Below, piece after piece: positions 25,262 to 39,040 of a DNA stretch of 64,000 bases (positions are counted from its first letter, which is position 1; every line of letters begins with the position of its first letter). The notes beneath the pieces are model-generated. The model did not search any database. It was not told the DNA's origin and worked only from the letters and a program-made list of their open reading frames with translations. Source of the stretch: Octopus sinensis (lineage: Eukaryota); assembly GCF_006345805.1 (NCBI RefSeq), contig NC_043001.1, positions 8,060,001-8,124,000 of the forward strand, read 5' to 3'. Made by a program: the position numbers and the translations under genes.

Positions 25262-25346
25262 ATATATATATACATATATATATACATACATATATATACA
25301 TATATATACATATATATATATGTATAAATGTATATATAAATATTAT

Positions 25347-25420
<74 letters not shown>

Positions 25421-25427
25421 ATAATAA

Positions 25428-25806
25428 ATATTAGGGAATAAATCCAAATTTACAGGGAAAAAATCAGATTTAGGATTAAATCCAATTTTATAGTAAAATA
25501 TTATAAAATATTATTTGAGACAAAACCACTATTTTGCAAAACAAACAAGGAAAGACTTAATCAATACATAAAATTTTAATAAATAGTACATAATTCCTCG
25601 TCTCTTACATATAGAGGTAAACTGTTATAATCTTCAATAATTAAATATATTAAGATATTCTAGGGATAAGGGTAAGCAGTAGATGCATTAATTCACGGAA
25701 AATGCATAGTAAAATATTTTTTTGACTATTTATTAAAATTTTATGTATTGATTAAGTATTTCCTTGTTTGTTTTGCAAAATAGTGGTTTTGTCTCTAATA
25801 ATATTT

Positions 25807-25810
<4 letters not shown>
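25428..25810. mobile_element. (TA)n-flanked inverted repeat (probable PLE tails) enclosing a 131-bp copy of 24213-24343
   Basis: Arms ~25502-25587 and ~25726-25810 are reverse complements. Segment 25585-25715 matches 24213-24343 with no difference that I could see. Confidence 0.85.
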
Positions 25811-25843
<33 letters not shown>

Positions 25844-27695
25844 GTACGTATGCATACGTGAAAACCTTCATGTCTAGTGGTATATGTTTGAATGTGTCCA
25901 TACATATATATATACCCATACATATACAAATGAAAGTGCTTCTTCAGGTACATCTATAAGTTGATGTACACACACAGACACGCATACACAAGCACACACA
26001 CACACACACACACACACAACACACACACAGGTATGTATATTACTTCTTCAATAATTAAACAATGACAATCTACATGTTGTAGAGGATGGCGTTTAGTCGC
26101 AATATATATTTTCCTGTGAAATAAATATCGCATTCTTATTTAGTTCAGACAGATTTAACTATCGATCGATAGTAATTAAAGTAAAAGCATTTCTATTGTT
26201 CTCACATAAAACTGAATTCATTTCAAATAAAACTCTTCAACTATGCGTAGATATTAAAATTTACACTTCATACACATCGATATATCTATATGTATATGCA
26301 CATATCCACTTTGGCACACACAGAAACACACAGAAACACACACACCCAGACGCATACAAGCATGTCTCTATATAGTTATGTATCTACAAATATATAAGCA
26401 AATACATTTATGCCCATACACGCAGTGTGCGTGAGTAAAAGATATTTGTACATAGGCACAGACTCATCACTCACTACTTCTGTGTGCTTCTACACTATTC
26501 TATCCGGCTTCTGTCTGTCTAAGTCTCTCTGGACACGACACGTTTCTGTGCGCCTGCAATTTATTTACAATATGAAGTGTTCGATATAAATTATACCAGG
26601 AATATCTGTGATCTTGCTATTGATGTTTGTGGTATAACCTCAGTAATAATTCATACACAGTGTTTTCAAATTCATCCCATTACATTTTGATACTTTCAAC
26701 GTTATTTTCATGTGGTTTATGTACTGCTATATACTATAACATGTATATATGCTTCTAAATTGATTGTTAACTGAACAATGGTGTGGTGTTGACTGTGAAG
26801 ATTTATTTGCAGTTTTGACTGCTATCTCAGTACCTGTGCAATGCAAAACTAATATAATACTTACATCATAAATAATTTTAACTGCGTATTTTGTGTATTT
26901 GTTTCTCCTTCATTCAAAAGTCGACCTAACCGTTACTACTCATCTTTGCCACTCTTTTCGTTAGTACTCGTTTCTATAATATGCCACATTGATTTTGGTT
27001 GTACATACATTGATGATTGACTTACATCTCGGTTTCGATATGGGAGTCCATTTGTTTGTTTAAATGAACAACCTACACTTTGAATTAGTTTAAGATGCAG
27101 TAGAGCAGTTCATAGTCAATCTGTTACATATCGCATGTGAAACATGTCCAGCAACACTCCAACTAATTACAATATACATAAGATATACGTTAGGCAGTTT
27201 CCAATTATATAAATTTGTTCAAAACGCTTAGTCGGTCTCGAAACAGAGGTTATTCATTTCATCTCTTGTGTACCCGAAAATCTGATGAATTTGGTGCTAC
27301 TTATCTACGCATAAGTGTCAACGTCAATTATGCAATTAAAATAGCACCAAAATGAAGCCAATAATCACCCTTGATTGTCCCTCTTGTAATAAATACATCT
27401 TTCTCATTGTTGATGTAGAAAATTCGATGCTCAAAAATATTATTAATCTGTGAATGTTTATTTACTAGTGTAACTTCAGTTAAGGCACTGTATTTGATTT
27501 TCAAAAATAAGCAAATTTATGTTTCATTTTAATTTTCAAATATACATTAACACTTATATACATAATAATTTTGAAAAGAAAAATTAAGCTAAATATCAGT
27601 TACTTGTTTCTGAAATTTAAACACGGCATGGAACTCATTTGACCAATGGAAAACAACGCCAATCGTATATTTTCGATTTCTACACGCTATATATG

Positions 27696-27728
<33 letters not shown>

Positions 27729-27741
27729 GTATATTTATATA

Positions 27742-27962
27742 TCTTAAGCACCACCAGCTCAAATATTTTCTCCTCTGTCTTCCCTCTTTGGGATCTTTCC
27801 TTCTCCTTGTTTCCGACGAAGAGCTCCGCTCGAAACGTTAGACCATCCTTCCCTTCTTTCCTGAGCGTCAATAATACTTTAATTGTTCCACGTCCTGCGT
27901 TGCTGTGTTTTTTCTCCTTTTTTTCTCTTTTTTTCTGTGTTTTCTTGTTTGGATTAACATTA
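27742..27962 (+). mobile_element. (TA)n-flanked Penelope-like tail with degenerate hammerhead (27808-27844)
   Basis: CCGACGA-A-GAGC TCC GCTC-GAA-ACGT-T...: the core CUGA is changed to CCGA, and the AACGTT segment is palindromic. A T-rich tail runs into (TA)n. Confidence 0.55.
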
Positions 27963-27990
27963 TAACTATATATATATATCTATATATATA

Positions 27991-28035
<45 letters not shown>

Positions 28036-28040
28036 ATATA

Positions 28041-28352
28041 TAACTATAACAATGAGGGTCTTTGCAACAAGTTGCTAGACCACATACCGAAAGTATTAGA
28101 AATAGCAGCCAGAGGACTATTATTTTTTTTACTAGAAAAAATATGTCCCCATCGACAACAAAGAAATAATAGTCCTCTGGGTGCTATTTCTAATACTTTC
28201 GGTATGTCGTGCAGCAACTTGTTGCAAAGACCCTCATTGTTATAATTAGATATAATTTTACCGAATATGGTCCTTTTCCATACCGAAAATACTACTTGGT
28301 GAAATTTGTTGATTTTATTTAATTAATTATATTTCACCCTTTATCTGTACTG

Positions 28353-28358
<6 letters not shown>
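28041..28358. repeat. (TA)n-flanked element with ~85-bp inverted arms
   Basis: ACAATGAGGGTCTTTGCAACAAGTTGCT...AGAGGACTATTATTT (28049-28124) is the reverse complement of 28164-28240. Confidence 0.85.
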
Positions 28359-28393
<35 letters not shown>

Positions 28394-28902
28394 TATATAT
28401 ATATATATATTCATGCTCTTTTGTTCTAGCGTGACACTACAAATAGCTTTATAACAACGGCAATAATTAATGGTGGCTTGAAACCACATCAGAATATAAA
28501 ATCATATTCCTTTTCAAGTACTGAAATTTTTTCTGTATGACATCTGTAAACATGACCCTTGCGGTATTTATAAACAGCATTGGGAATGTATTTAACGTAA
28601 CTTATAATTAATGTAACTCATATTCAATGTAACATTATAAAATTTTATAATCACATTTAGTATTAAATTACAAATATTAATATTTAAAGTAAGAATTTAT
28701 ACGTCATATTCCATGACTGTAAGCTTAAGAAGAATATATATTATTTATCGAAAGTTATGCTCTGTACTGGAAATATTGAGGATAAATAGAACATAGAAAC
28801 TGTATAAAATGCACCGAAAGATATACAGGCGAAGTAGTAGTTAATATTTCAAATTCGATTGCAAGCAGCGACCTGAATAATAATAGTGATAATAATAATA
28901 AT

Positions 28903-28981
<79 letters not shown>

Positions 28982-28984
28982 TAA

Positions 28985-29140
28985 CCGTTACTTAGCGGTT
29001 CGGCAAAAAGCGACCGATAGAATAAGTACTGGTCTTACAAAAAGAATAAGTCCCGGGGTCGAGTTGCTCGATTAAAGGCGGTGCTCCAGCATGGCCGCAG
29101 TCAAATGACTGAAACAAGTAAAAGAATAAAAGAATAAAAA
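28985..29140 (+). mobile_element. SINE family A 3' fragment flanked by (TAA)n
   Basis: CTTAGCGGTTCGGCAAAA...GGTGCTCCAGCATGGCCGCAGTCAAATGACTGAAACAAGTAAAAGA. Confidence 0.9.
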
Positions 29141-29160
29141 GTATAATAATATTAATAATA

Positions 29161-29210
<50 letters not shown>

Positions 29211-29264
29211 AATAATAATAATAATAATAATAATAATATAATAATAATAATAATAACAACAACA

Positions 29265-29372
29265 ACATCGAAAAATACCTTAGGAATGACGACCCAGGTT
29301 CGAAATTTCCCCAAGATACTTAATGAACGCTGCCGTCAAATATCCGTCAAATGTATATAATGTAAATAATGT
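29265..29372 (+). mobile_element. Internally deleted family P1 fragment
   Basis: CATCGAAAAATACCTTAGGAATG...GGTTCGAAATTT and AAATATCCGTCAAATGT match 24065-24210. Confidence 0.7.
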
Positions 29373-30699
29373 TATAAATCTAACCCAGAATCAATATATT
29401 CATGCATAGATGGAAATACACAAGCATTGATATACATACGTATATTTATGCATAAAAATACATACGTTTTTATACACACACCTACATATATATATATATT
29501 TATACATTGATACGTATATACATGTATGTATGTATGTATGTATGTATGTATGTATGTATGTATATGTATGTGAATATGAATGTATGACTGCATGCGTTCA
29601 TGTATGTACGTATTGAGTCTCAGCTGATTAACGATAATATTCCTAGAAGCTTATATTGGTGAAAACAATACCCGGCAATACACTGAATACGGAATTAGAA
29701 GTTAATGGTACTGTATTTCGTTTTATAAATAGGCATTACACTACCCAGTGCCACGTTGAAAAAGATAATACAATCAGACTGTACTTCTAAAATAATTATC
29801 GGTGAGAAAAGTAAGATCAAGATATATGTTCCGTCATAATTCATAATTCCTCATCCGCTACCATATCTTTGTTATTCACGGTATTTTGCTATTATAGAAA
29901 ATCGTTGCTTGGAGCCACTTCACTTCGAATTAATGAGTAAGTCATTGACGCAAAGCAAGATAACGCATTCAGAGCTTAAATACATCGTAACATAACCTTC
30001 AATTAATAATAGAAAAATAGATGAAATGTATATGCATGATATTATATTATCCAGTAGATTGATGAAAATAATTGTGTACATGATAAATTTGCAACAAATA
30101 GGAACAACTTCGATTCTATTGGTAATAATTGGAAACCAGAGTGGCGACTATATGGAAATGTTGTGATGAAAAATGACATTAGAAATGGATTAAGTTTTAT
30201 AATGAAATAAGATATATTCGTTGTAAACATAATAAAGTGTTCCTCATATCTCGTACACAGCACAGACAAAGACTGTGCCAATAAATTGATAATTGCGGTA
30301 AGAAACAATTGGTTTTTAAAATAAGCTTTTAACGATGGTCATATTTTAAAAATTTCCATGGTTGTACGATTATTGTTACATGTTTCTATTATCGTAAAAC
30401 ACTTTGTTAGAGAATATGGTGTATATAACTAGTCAATAAAAAAGCATTAAGCTAGCCAACTCTTTGCAGATGCTCAGAGCTTTTTTTTTGTATATCGGTT
30501 GTTTATTATTAATAGCAATAAGAGCAAGAAAGAATTAATTTTTATATTCCACCTACAAATATGACTAGTACTACTGTAGATACTACTACTAGTACTACTA
30601 CTACAACTACTACGGCTGCAGCTCCCTCTGCTGCTACAGCTACTACTACTACTAATTATAATGATAATAATTGTGATGGTGACACTAATATTAAAAATA

Positions 30700-30752
<53 letters not shown>

Positions 30753-32798
30753 CACAAAATAGAAAACCAATATTGTTAATGAAGGGCAATGTCGAAGGGC
30801 ATTGAGGTTGGCAATTACCGACACTGTGTTTCTCTTAACCTCTTATGGAAGTTATTAACGAGAAGCCCCCTTGAGGAAAACAATATATTGCTAGTAAAAC
30901 AGAAACGATGCTGAAAAGGATCCAAGGGCACCAGGGACCACCTTGTGATAGACAAGGTTATAATGAAGAATTGTAAACAGTACGAAAAAATTAATACATA
31001 GCTTGGATAATATAAAAAATCTTACGACATGTGGCCGCATTCGTGGATTTTGGAAACACTCGACATGTTTGGAAGAGCTGAGAAAGTGTGTGCACTGATG
31101 AAGGACTGCATGCCTAGTTAGAAAACACGTCTTGTAACAACCAGAATGTAACCGAAATAACAATCAAAAGAAGTATCTTCCATGGAGACTCTTGTTAACC
31201 TCTGTTATTTGTTAAAGTCTTGATCCCACTTTCTGTAGTCTTACGCAAACACGACGCGCACTATGAGCTGAGAAGGAATGGGCCACGTCTCAACCACTTT
31301 CTCTTCATGGATGATTTTAAACTCCGCAAAAACACAGCATTAAATAGATAGACTAGTTGAGACTGTGCAAATGTGCAGCAAGGATATAGAGATGGAATTG
31401 GGCATCTTAAAGGGTGCGGTGCTTACTTTGAAGCGGACGAAAAGAGTAAATTGTAGCGGCATAGAATTGCCAAACGGAGAAATAATAGACCCGAATGATG
31501 ATGCGTACAAGTACCTTGGGATCCTGGAGGTGGACAATATCTTGAACAGAGAAATTAAAGACAAGGTCACCATTGCATATTTCAAGCGCCTCAAACTTCT
31601 CTTGAAATCAAAGCTCAACACAAGGAGCCTTGTAACAGCCATGATATGGGCGGCTACTGTAGTCCACTATAATTAACCTATTCTGAAATGGACACAAGCG
31701 GAGATTAACCAATTCGATCGCACAATCCGAAAGACAATGACAACGTATGGTGCACTCCACCCTAAGGCGCATGTACACAGGCTCTACATGAAGAGGGCTA
31801 CAGGTGGACGTGGGATGATTAGTGTATAAGAGTGCATCAACTGTGAAAGTTTAAACATGGCAAAATATTTGGTAAACAGCAATTGAGACCCTCTACAGAA
31901 TGCTGCTAATGCAGATGGATGTAACAAAAATGAACTTGAAAATGCTCATGAATTTTGAACAAGAACAGCCAATGAATGAGAAGAAACCCTACTCTGTACG
32001 GAATTACATGGTCAATTCCATAGCGAAACCAAGAAATTAAAAGAGCAGCAATGATCATGGAAGTGGCTTAACAAGAGTGACTTAAAAAGAATACCGCTAG
32101 CCTAAACATCGCTGCCCAGGACCAGGCACTGAAATCCAACTCAGTGAAAAAGAATATATACCACACAAATGCAACGGACCTCTGCAGAATGTTTGGGAAG
32201 TCTTGCGCGGAAAGAGCACATGCGTAGACACCACTAGTTAGCCCAAATAACCCAATGGCCGTAAGTATATGAGGTTTCGGGTGTTTGGTACTAACATACA
32301 CCGTAAGTAATAGACGACAAGAGGAAAGCAAGAATCCTCTGCGACTTTCACTTCCAGACAGAAAAGGTATTAGAGCACAAAAGGCAGGGTAGGGTAACAT
32401 TTAGAAGGGAAAACAAGGGTACCTAATAACTGACGTGGCAGTGCCAGGATATCACAATACCATCATGAAAGAAAGAGAAAAGATTGATAAATATAGAGAC
32501 CTGAGAAATTAGATGGCTGAAATGTGGCAGCCACGAGAGTTAAATATAAAGGTTATCCCGATTGTCATCGGAGAATTGGGTTCAATACCACCTAAGCTGA
32601 GAAGAAACATCGGAAAACTTTAGAAATCCCTACAATTTAGGTGTATTCTAAAATTCTGCATTACTTCGATCTGCATGCATATTGAGTAAAGTACTTTCAG
32701 TCTGAAGTCCTAGTTGTGAAACGACAAACACTTCAAAGCTCCGATGAACACAGTTTATTCAATCAGCACCACACGATATTGTATACTGTGCGACATCT
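30753..32798 (+). mobile_element. Degenerate 5'-truncated R4/Dong-clade LINE (family D2): RT plus RLE
   Basis: Motifs in order: NYR...LLWKLL, IFHGDS, LNHFLFMDD, YKYLG, AAQDQAL, CRM, DVAVP...EKIDKYRDL...MW...VIPIVIGELG. Many stops and frameshifts; (GAT)n on both sides. Confidence 0.9.
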
Positions 32799-33911
32799 AT
32801 GATGATGATGATGATGATGATGATGATAATAATAATAATGATAATAATGATAATAATGATAATAATTATTCTCCTCTCCTTCCTTCTCCCCCTCTCCCCC
32901 TCGAAATGGAAGACCCCAGGGCTGGAGCGTATCACTGACGTCTAGCTGAATTGTTTGACGAATTATGGAAATATGTTCTCTAAGCGAACGAAATATCGCA
33001 AACTGAAATAGAAGATGATTGCAGACAGACTGCATTACGATCTCAAAACGATTAAAGACAAAAAAAAAAAACAATAAAATACTCCAGGAACAAACAAAGA
33101 AAATAAATCTATTGCGTGCTATAGAATATAGTGCCATTGAAGTTTATCGAGGTATGAACACAATAATGAAAAACGAAACAACACAATTAAAATTTTAACA
33201 GAAGTGTTGTTAGGAAAGATTCAAGTGAAAAATCTGAAGTGGCAAATTATGATAGGGGCACTATAAGATTAAGTATAATTGAAGAATAATGCACAATAGA
33301 TTCTCATCTGAGCAGATGTTTGCATCTGCCAACAACAAAATGCCGACGGTTATAAAAATCACAAAGCTGGTAATTGCACCTAAGTTTATAGATAGAGGCA
33401 TCAACAAGTGAATAATGAGATATTATAAGCAACAGCCACACTGGTTACAAGAAGTAAAGTGGTATAGATTTAAGTCTGTTTATGCCGAAATATGAAATCT
33501 CAAGCAAGAAACATGGAAATTGAATATTCAGGAAGTTTTAGGAAATAAGAGAAAGGAACTCTGAAACTTTGATCAAATCAATAAAGAAGCAAAACAAAAC
33601 GAGGGAAAAAGAGAGAGAGAGACAGAGAGACAGAGAGAGTAAAGAGGCTGAAAGGAAGCAGGATGTAACTAAGTCTACTTGACAACGACAATGTTATTAC
33701 TGACAGTTGTCCACAAAATAATTTCTTTCGATCCTAACTCAATGACTGACAGTCACTTCAACATACATGGGTATTTGTGAGTAGATCCGTTCGAGGTCAC
33801 GTTTGGAAGTCGAACACTTCAAAACCGCAGAGAAAAACAGTATAGATTTCCTTTCTTCTGATATTTTTTGATCATCACATATCTTTGGCAAAATCATATT
33901 CGCGTAAAGTT

Positions 33912-34450
33912 GGCGATCTGGCAGGAACGTTAGCACTCCGGGCGAAATCCTTAGCGATATTTCGTCTGTCATTACGTTCTTAGTTCAAATTCCGCCGAGG
34001 TCGAATTTGCCTTTCATCCTTTCGGGGTTACGCACTGGGTTCGATGTAATCGACTTAATCCCTTTGTCTGTCCTTGTTTGACCCCGTTGTGTTTAGCCCC
34101 TTGTGGGTAATAAAGAAATAGGTATTTCGTCTGCCGCTACGTTCTTAGTTCAAATTCCGCCGAGGTCAACTTTGCCTTTCATCCTTTCGGGGTCGATTAA
34201 ATAAGTACCAGTTACGCACTGGGGTCGATATAATCGGCTTAATTCGCTTGTCTGTCCTTGTTTGTCCCCTCTGTGTTTAGCCCCTTATGGGTAGTAAAGA
34301 AATAGGCATTTCGTCTCTCATTACGTTCTTAGTTCAAATTCCGCCGAGGTCGACTTTGCCTTTCATCCTTTCGGGGTCGATGCGTACTTGGGTCGATTTA
34401 ATCGACTGGCTTCTCTCCCAAAACCTCGGGATTTTTTCTTAGAGAAGAAA
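33912..34450 (+). mobile_element. SINE family C (Meta-domain type), three tandem units
   Basis: tRNA-like head with B box AGTTCAAATTC, then GCCTTTCATCCTTTCGGGGTCGATTAAATAAGTACCAG resembling the MetaSINE domain. Unit junctions are near 34120 and 34304. Confidence 0.85.
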
Positions 34451-35237
34451 TGAAAATCATGTTCCCGTAGATACCATTCATATTTCTCGAAATATGTCGT
34501 ATTGCACTGTTGTTAAACAATTACGTTTTCTAATATGATTCAGGAAAAATAACTGAATAAATTTGGCAAAAGGTTTATAGGTGTACACAATGTTTTGGAG
34601 CTATTATGTTTTCTCATTTACTAATATTTTTTTCCTACTTGTTGAACGGTCCAACTGTTGTTTTTGGCTCATTCAGCAACTGTTTTGATATCTCTGCAGC
34701 AAGGTGTAAGCCATTAAAGGAAATAATTTGGCACTTCACCATATCTAAGTATTTTCGTTTGTTTCTGTTTTGCAACAATAAACTATCGCTTGGACGCTTG
34801 TTCCATTGATATCGTGAGGTGTTAGTTTTCTTTTTCACATTTCCTAATGAATTCCCGCAATTGGTAGCGAGTACTTTCCTCTGCATCTACCACCAACGCG
34901 CCTTCTACTTTTATTCTTGTTTGGTTGTGTTAGATTCTCATTTGCCAATACAAAGTTATCTGTAGATTCATATCCGGTTGGAGCCAAGATGTTTGTTTCC
35001 TTCAAAGCACTTAGCTGCTTGTCTTAATGATGGATTCTTTTTGATTTAGCAAGGATCACGTGGTCAATTGCCTTTGGGATTCTTTGATATCGGGTGCAAT
35101 TAATTGTATAGGATATCTGTATCTAAGATTAATTTCATTTTCTGTTTACTTGTGCGTTCATGTTATCTATTCTATTAATATTTGTAGTGTATTCAAATAT
35201 ATGTTTATGTATATTTGTATCTCTCTTTCTCTCTATA

Positions 35238-35238
35238 G

Positions 35239-35318
<80 letters not shown>

Positions 35319-35332
35319 TTATCTATCTATTT
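35238..35332. repeat. (TATC)n microsatellite
   Basis: Direct reading. Similar GATA tracts lie at 15412-15460 and 38217-38346. Confidence 0.95.
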
Positions 35333-35918
35333 ATACTCACACACACACTTAATTCCACGCAGTTTGCTAATATCCAAATGTCCTATGCAAAGATGTTTAA
35401 GAAAATACAAAGATTCCTTGTGGATAATGTGGAGACTGCAGAGTTCAGTTGATTAATTCCAGTGCTATTGTTCTTCACATCCGCATCCAGGAAGTCCATT
35501 GAGCCTGAATGTACCTTTATTTTGTTTTACGATTCCGTATCTAACTGTTCTTTTTCCGATCCTTCTTCTTTTTTTATTTTTTTTTACTTTATGTCTCTCT
35601 TATTTAGTGGCTCTATTTGAAAATCGCATACGGCTTTTCATTACTTATCCCACTGTAGAAGATTGTTATCATTTTCAAAACGGAAATCATGCCAGGTTTC
35701 TACCTTCAGCTGTTAGGAATATTATCTAGAACTCATAATTTCATAAGATATGTTATGTCCCCTAATTTCCATTATTTTCTTTTTCGATACTCTGTAAGCA
35801 TGACGATATTCTTGCATTGGATGTCATTTATTTATTTCTGCTTCATGATATTAATAGATTCGGTTATCATACTTACAAACATTCAAGCACATATATCTGT
35901 GTGTATACAAAATCACAC

Positions 35919-35960
<42 letters not shown>

Positions 35961-35984
35961 TATTATATATATATGCATAAACTC

Positions 35985-36140
35985 ATGCAGGAAAGGGTGT
36001 GCGGTAAGTAGGTTGCTTAACAACCGCAGGGTATCGGCTTCAGTCACACTGTGTGACATCTTCAGTGTCTTGTACTACACCATCGGGCCTGAAACGTTCT
36101 TGTGAGTAGTTTTGGTTGGCGGAAACCGAAAGAAGCCCAT
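35985..36140 (+). mobile_element. Diverged SINE family A 5' half
   Basis: GTGTGCGGTAAGTAGGTTGCTTAACAACC...GGCGGAAACCGAAAGAAGCCC. Confidence 0.75.
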
Positions 36141-36144
36141 CCCC

Positions 36145-36175
<31 letters not shown>

Positions 36176-36516
36176 TATATATATATTATATATATATATT
36201 ATATCAGCAGTAAAAGCGTTCAGAATCGAATATTTATATAGATATTAATATTGTTATTATTATCAAAGTCAATACAAATAGTTCATAATAACAACAATAT
36301 AAATAAAGATGTTTGCATAGCTAAATCAGCGTAAAATAGCTATAATATTAAATGTGTCCTTTGATTTTATTAATCAAAAGACACATTAAACTCCCTAACC
36401 GCTATAAATAAGTGTTAAAACCCCCATTTGGAAAACCAAAACTTACACTGAAAATAACAGATACAAGATTATACGGACCAGCGAACTTTAACAGATTTCT
36501 CACACACCATTATAGC

Positions 36517-36555
<39 letters not shown>

Positions 36556-36611
36556 GGAACTAGTTTCTACTTAGACACAAAGTCTTTACCTTCCGCAAGT
36601 GTATCTTAACA

Positions 36612-36825
36612 ATATCAGAAGGCATCAAGAGGAATAAGAAAGAAACTCGAATAGCGTTCCTAGAACTGTTGCAAAAGGACCGCCTCCTTGACACGGCCAA
36701 GGAAATCGGATATTAGTTAGCTGGAAAGAATGAATACCGTGGTACATTTGGCTGCATGTACTAAGCCCGCTACGCAGTTAAGAATCCAGGAGCTCCGACA
36801 AAACCTGTGAGAAAGAGAAAATAAA
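36612..36825 (+). mobile_element. 3' fragment of a third R4/Dong-like family (D3)
   Basis: ELLQKDRLLDTAKEI resembles the LQKxxLLGTAxIL C-terminal motif. A short 3' UTR runs into a long (TAA)n tract. Confidence 0.5.
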
Positions 36826-36841
36826 AATAATAATAATAATA

Positions 36842-36888
<47 letters not shown>

Positions 36889-36999
36889 GTAATAATAATA
36901 ATAATAATGATGATAATGATGATAATAAAAATAAAAATAATGATGATGATGATGATGATAATAATAATAATAATAATGATGATTATGATGATGATAATA

Positions 37000-37060
<61 letters not shown>

Positions 37061-37114
37061 TGATAATAATAATAATAATAATAATGATGATGATGATGAT
37101 GATGATGATGATGG

Positions 37115-37163
<49 letters not shown>
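36826..37163. repeat. Long mixed (TAA)n/(TGA)n microsatellite
   Basis: Direct reading. Confidence 0.95.
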
Positions 37164-37164
<1 letters not shown>

Positions 37165-37182
37165 GCAAGAACAACAACAATT

Positions 37183-37705
37183 ATAGTGACTTTCATGGCT
37201 TCTGATTGGAAGTGTTATCATGTATTGTTTTGTCTTAGTATAAAATATGGGCTACAGCAAATATTCTGCTCAATACCACAGATTTACTTGTCAGTTGCTT
37301 AACCTTAACCAGTTGAGCATGTCCCTTAGTGGCTGACGATATGTGCATCTCTGACCACGAGCAGAAGCAGTGGGGGAGCATCATAACCGTGTGTTGAAAG
37401 GAATTCTCGGAGGTTTGGATAATTCAACTTTGGAAATATGGGTGGCCTGTTCAACATCCTTAAACAACTCATTTACAGGAACCTTTTGAGCTGGAAGGAT
37501 TACTCGACCAGACGAAAATTCTAACTGGGCCTCACCTGCAAGTTTATGCGCTGTTTATCTTGATATGAGATCACCATGTCGTGCACATATGGTTGTGATG
37601 CATGTACCTGTGTACTCTTGTCATACGGGTAGTCATGATGGGTATATTGGGCTTCGTATATTTTACACCAGTGTAAATTTGATGGCATGCTCTGCTCTCT
37701 CGCTC
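37183..37705 (+). mobile_element. Non-coding interspersed element flanked by (TAA)n (copy 1); orientation inferred
   Basis: Collinear with 37889-38216 (CTGATTGGAAGTGTTATCATGTA...GTTGAGCATGTCCCTT...GAGCAGAAG). It ends CTCTCGCTC-(AAT)n. Confidence 0.7.
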
Positions 37706-37732
37706 AATAATAATAATAATAATATAATAATA

Positions 37733-37833
<101 letters not shown>

Positions 37834-37849
37834 AGAATAATAATAATAA

Positions 37850-37880
<31 letters not shown>

Positions 37881-37888
37881 AAGAAGAA

Positions 37889-38216
37889 TTCAATACCCCG
37901 ATGCACTACCAGGCAGTGTCCCACATAACTTTTGATCTTAACTGATTGGAAGTGTTATCATGTACATTGCTTCGTCTTAGTATAAAATATGGTCTAAAGC
38001 AAATATTCTGCTCAATGCTTCAGATTTGCTTGTCAGTTGGTTGAGCGTAAGTAGTTGAGCATGTCCCTTGGTGGCTGACAATATGTGCATCTCTGATCAT
38101 GAGCAGAAGTAGTGCAGAAGCATCTTAGCCATGTATTGAGAGGGATTCATTGGTGTTTTGGTCAGCATCCTTAATCAACCCCTATTCAAGGACCATTTGA
38201 ATGGGATGGCCTACTC
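37889..38216 (+). mobile_element. Same non-coding element (copy 2, 3'-truncated)
   Basis: Homology to 37183-37510. Confidence 0.7.
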
Positions 38217-38261
38217 AATAGATAGATAGATAGATAGATAGATAGATTGATAGATAGATAG

Positions 38262-38333
<72 letters not shown>

Positions 38334-38719
38334 CAGACAGATAGATATATATATATACATACATACATATATACATAGACAACATATTACATATGCATTA
38401 AGATTAGCTGAACATTTTGTTGAGTATAACTGCGAAGTTAATTTGCAATGGATATATTGAAACAATACTCAGCACTTTCTATCGTTCTACCAAAAGTTGT
38501 ATCAGAAAATCGTTAAACTAAAGATGAACAAAAGTTATTATAATGCGGTGTAGTTACACTGCGGGACGCCATTCTATTTGTGAGATATTAAGACACTGTA
38601 TTCTGTACAGAATATTGGTTAACATTCCAAGAAAAAATAATGAAGATCTCACTTGTTTTCATCGTCTCGTTAATAAATGTAAAGATTTGTTTAGTGGAAA
38701 TATGTTGCATAATATCTCC

Positions 38720-38766
<47 letters not shown>

Positions 38767-38871
38767 TAAGTATTATAAAATCATTATATTTGCAAATGAA
38801 CCCGAGCAAGTAGTACAAATGCTAAATGCTCATAAATATACACAACTATCTTTAATACGTGATGAACATAT

Positions 38872-38907
<36 letters not shown>

Positions 38908-39040
38908 AGTTCACCAAAAAATTTAGATTCAAATGAATATGGTACTTAATTTCGATGCACCAGAATCTTGTATGGTGTTATCCATAAAAATCCGTGGGGT
39001 GATTATAATCAGAATGAGCAACAAGAATGACTCCGGTAAT

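Noticed and set aside
33912-34450. CRISPR-like periodic repeats
   Set aside because: The units are ~185-210 bp SINE multimers with no unique spacers, in a eukaryotic context.
34560-35100. Protein-like degenerate minus-strand frames
   Set aside because: They contain multiple stops and no recognisable motif, so they cannot be assigned without BLASTX.
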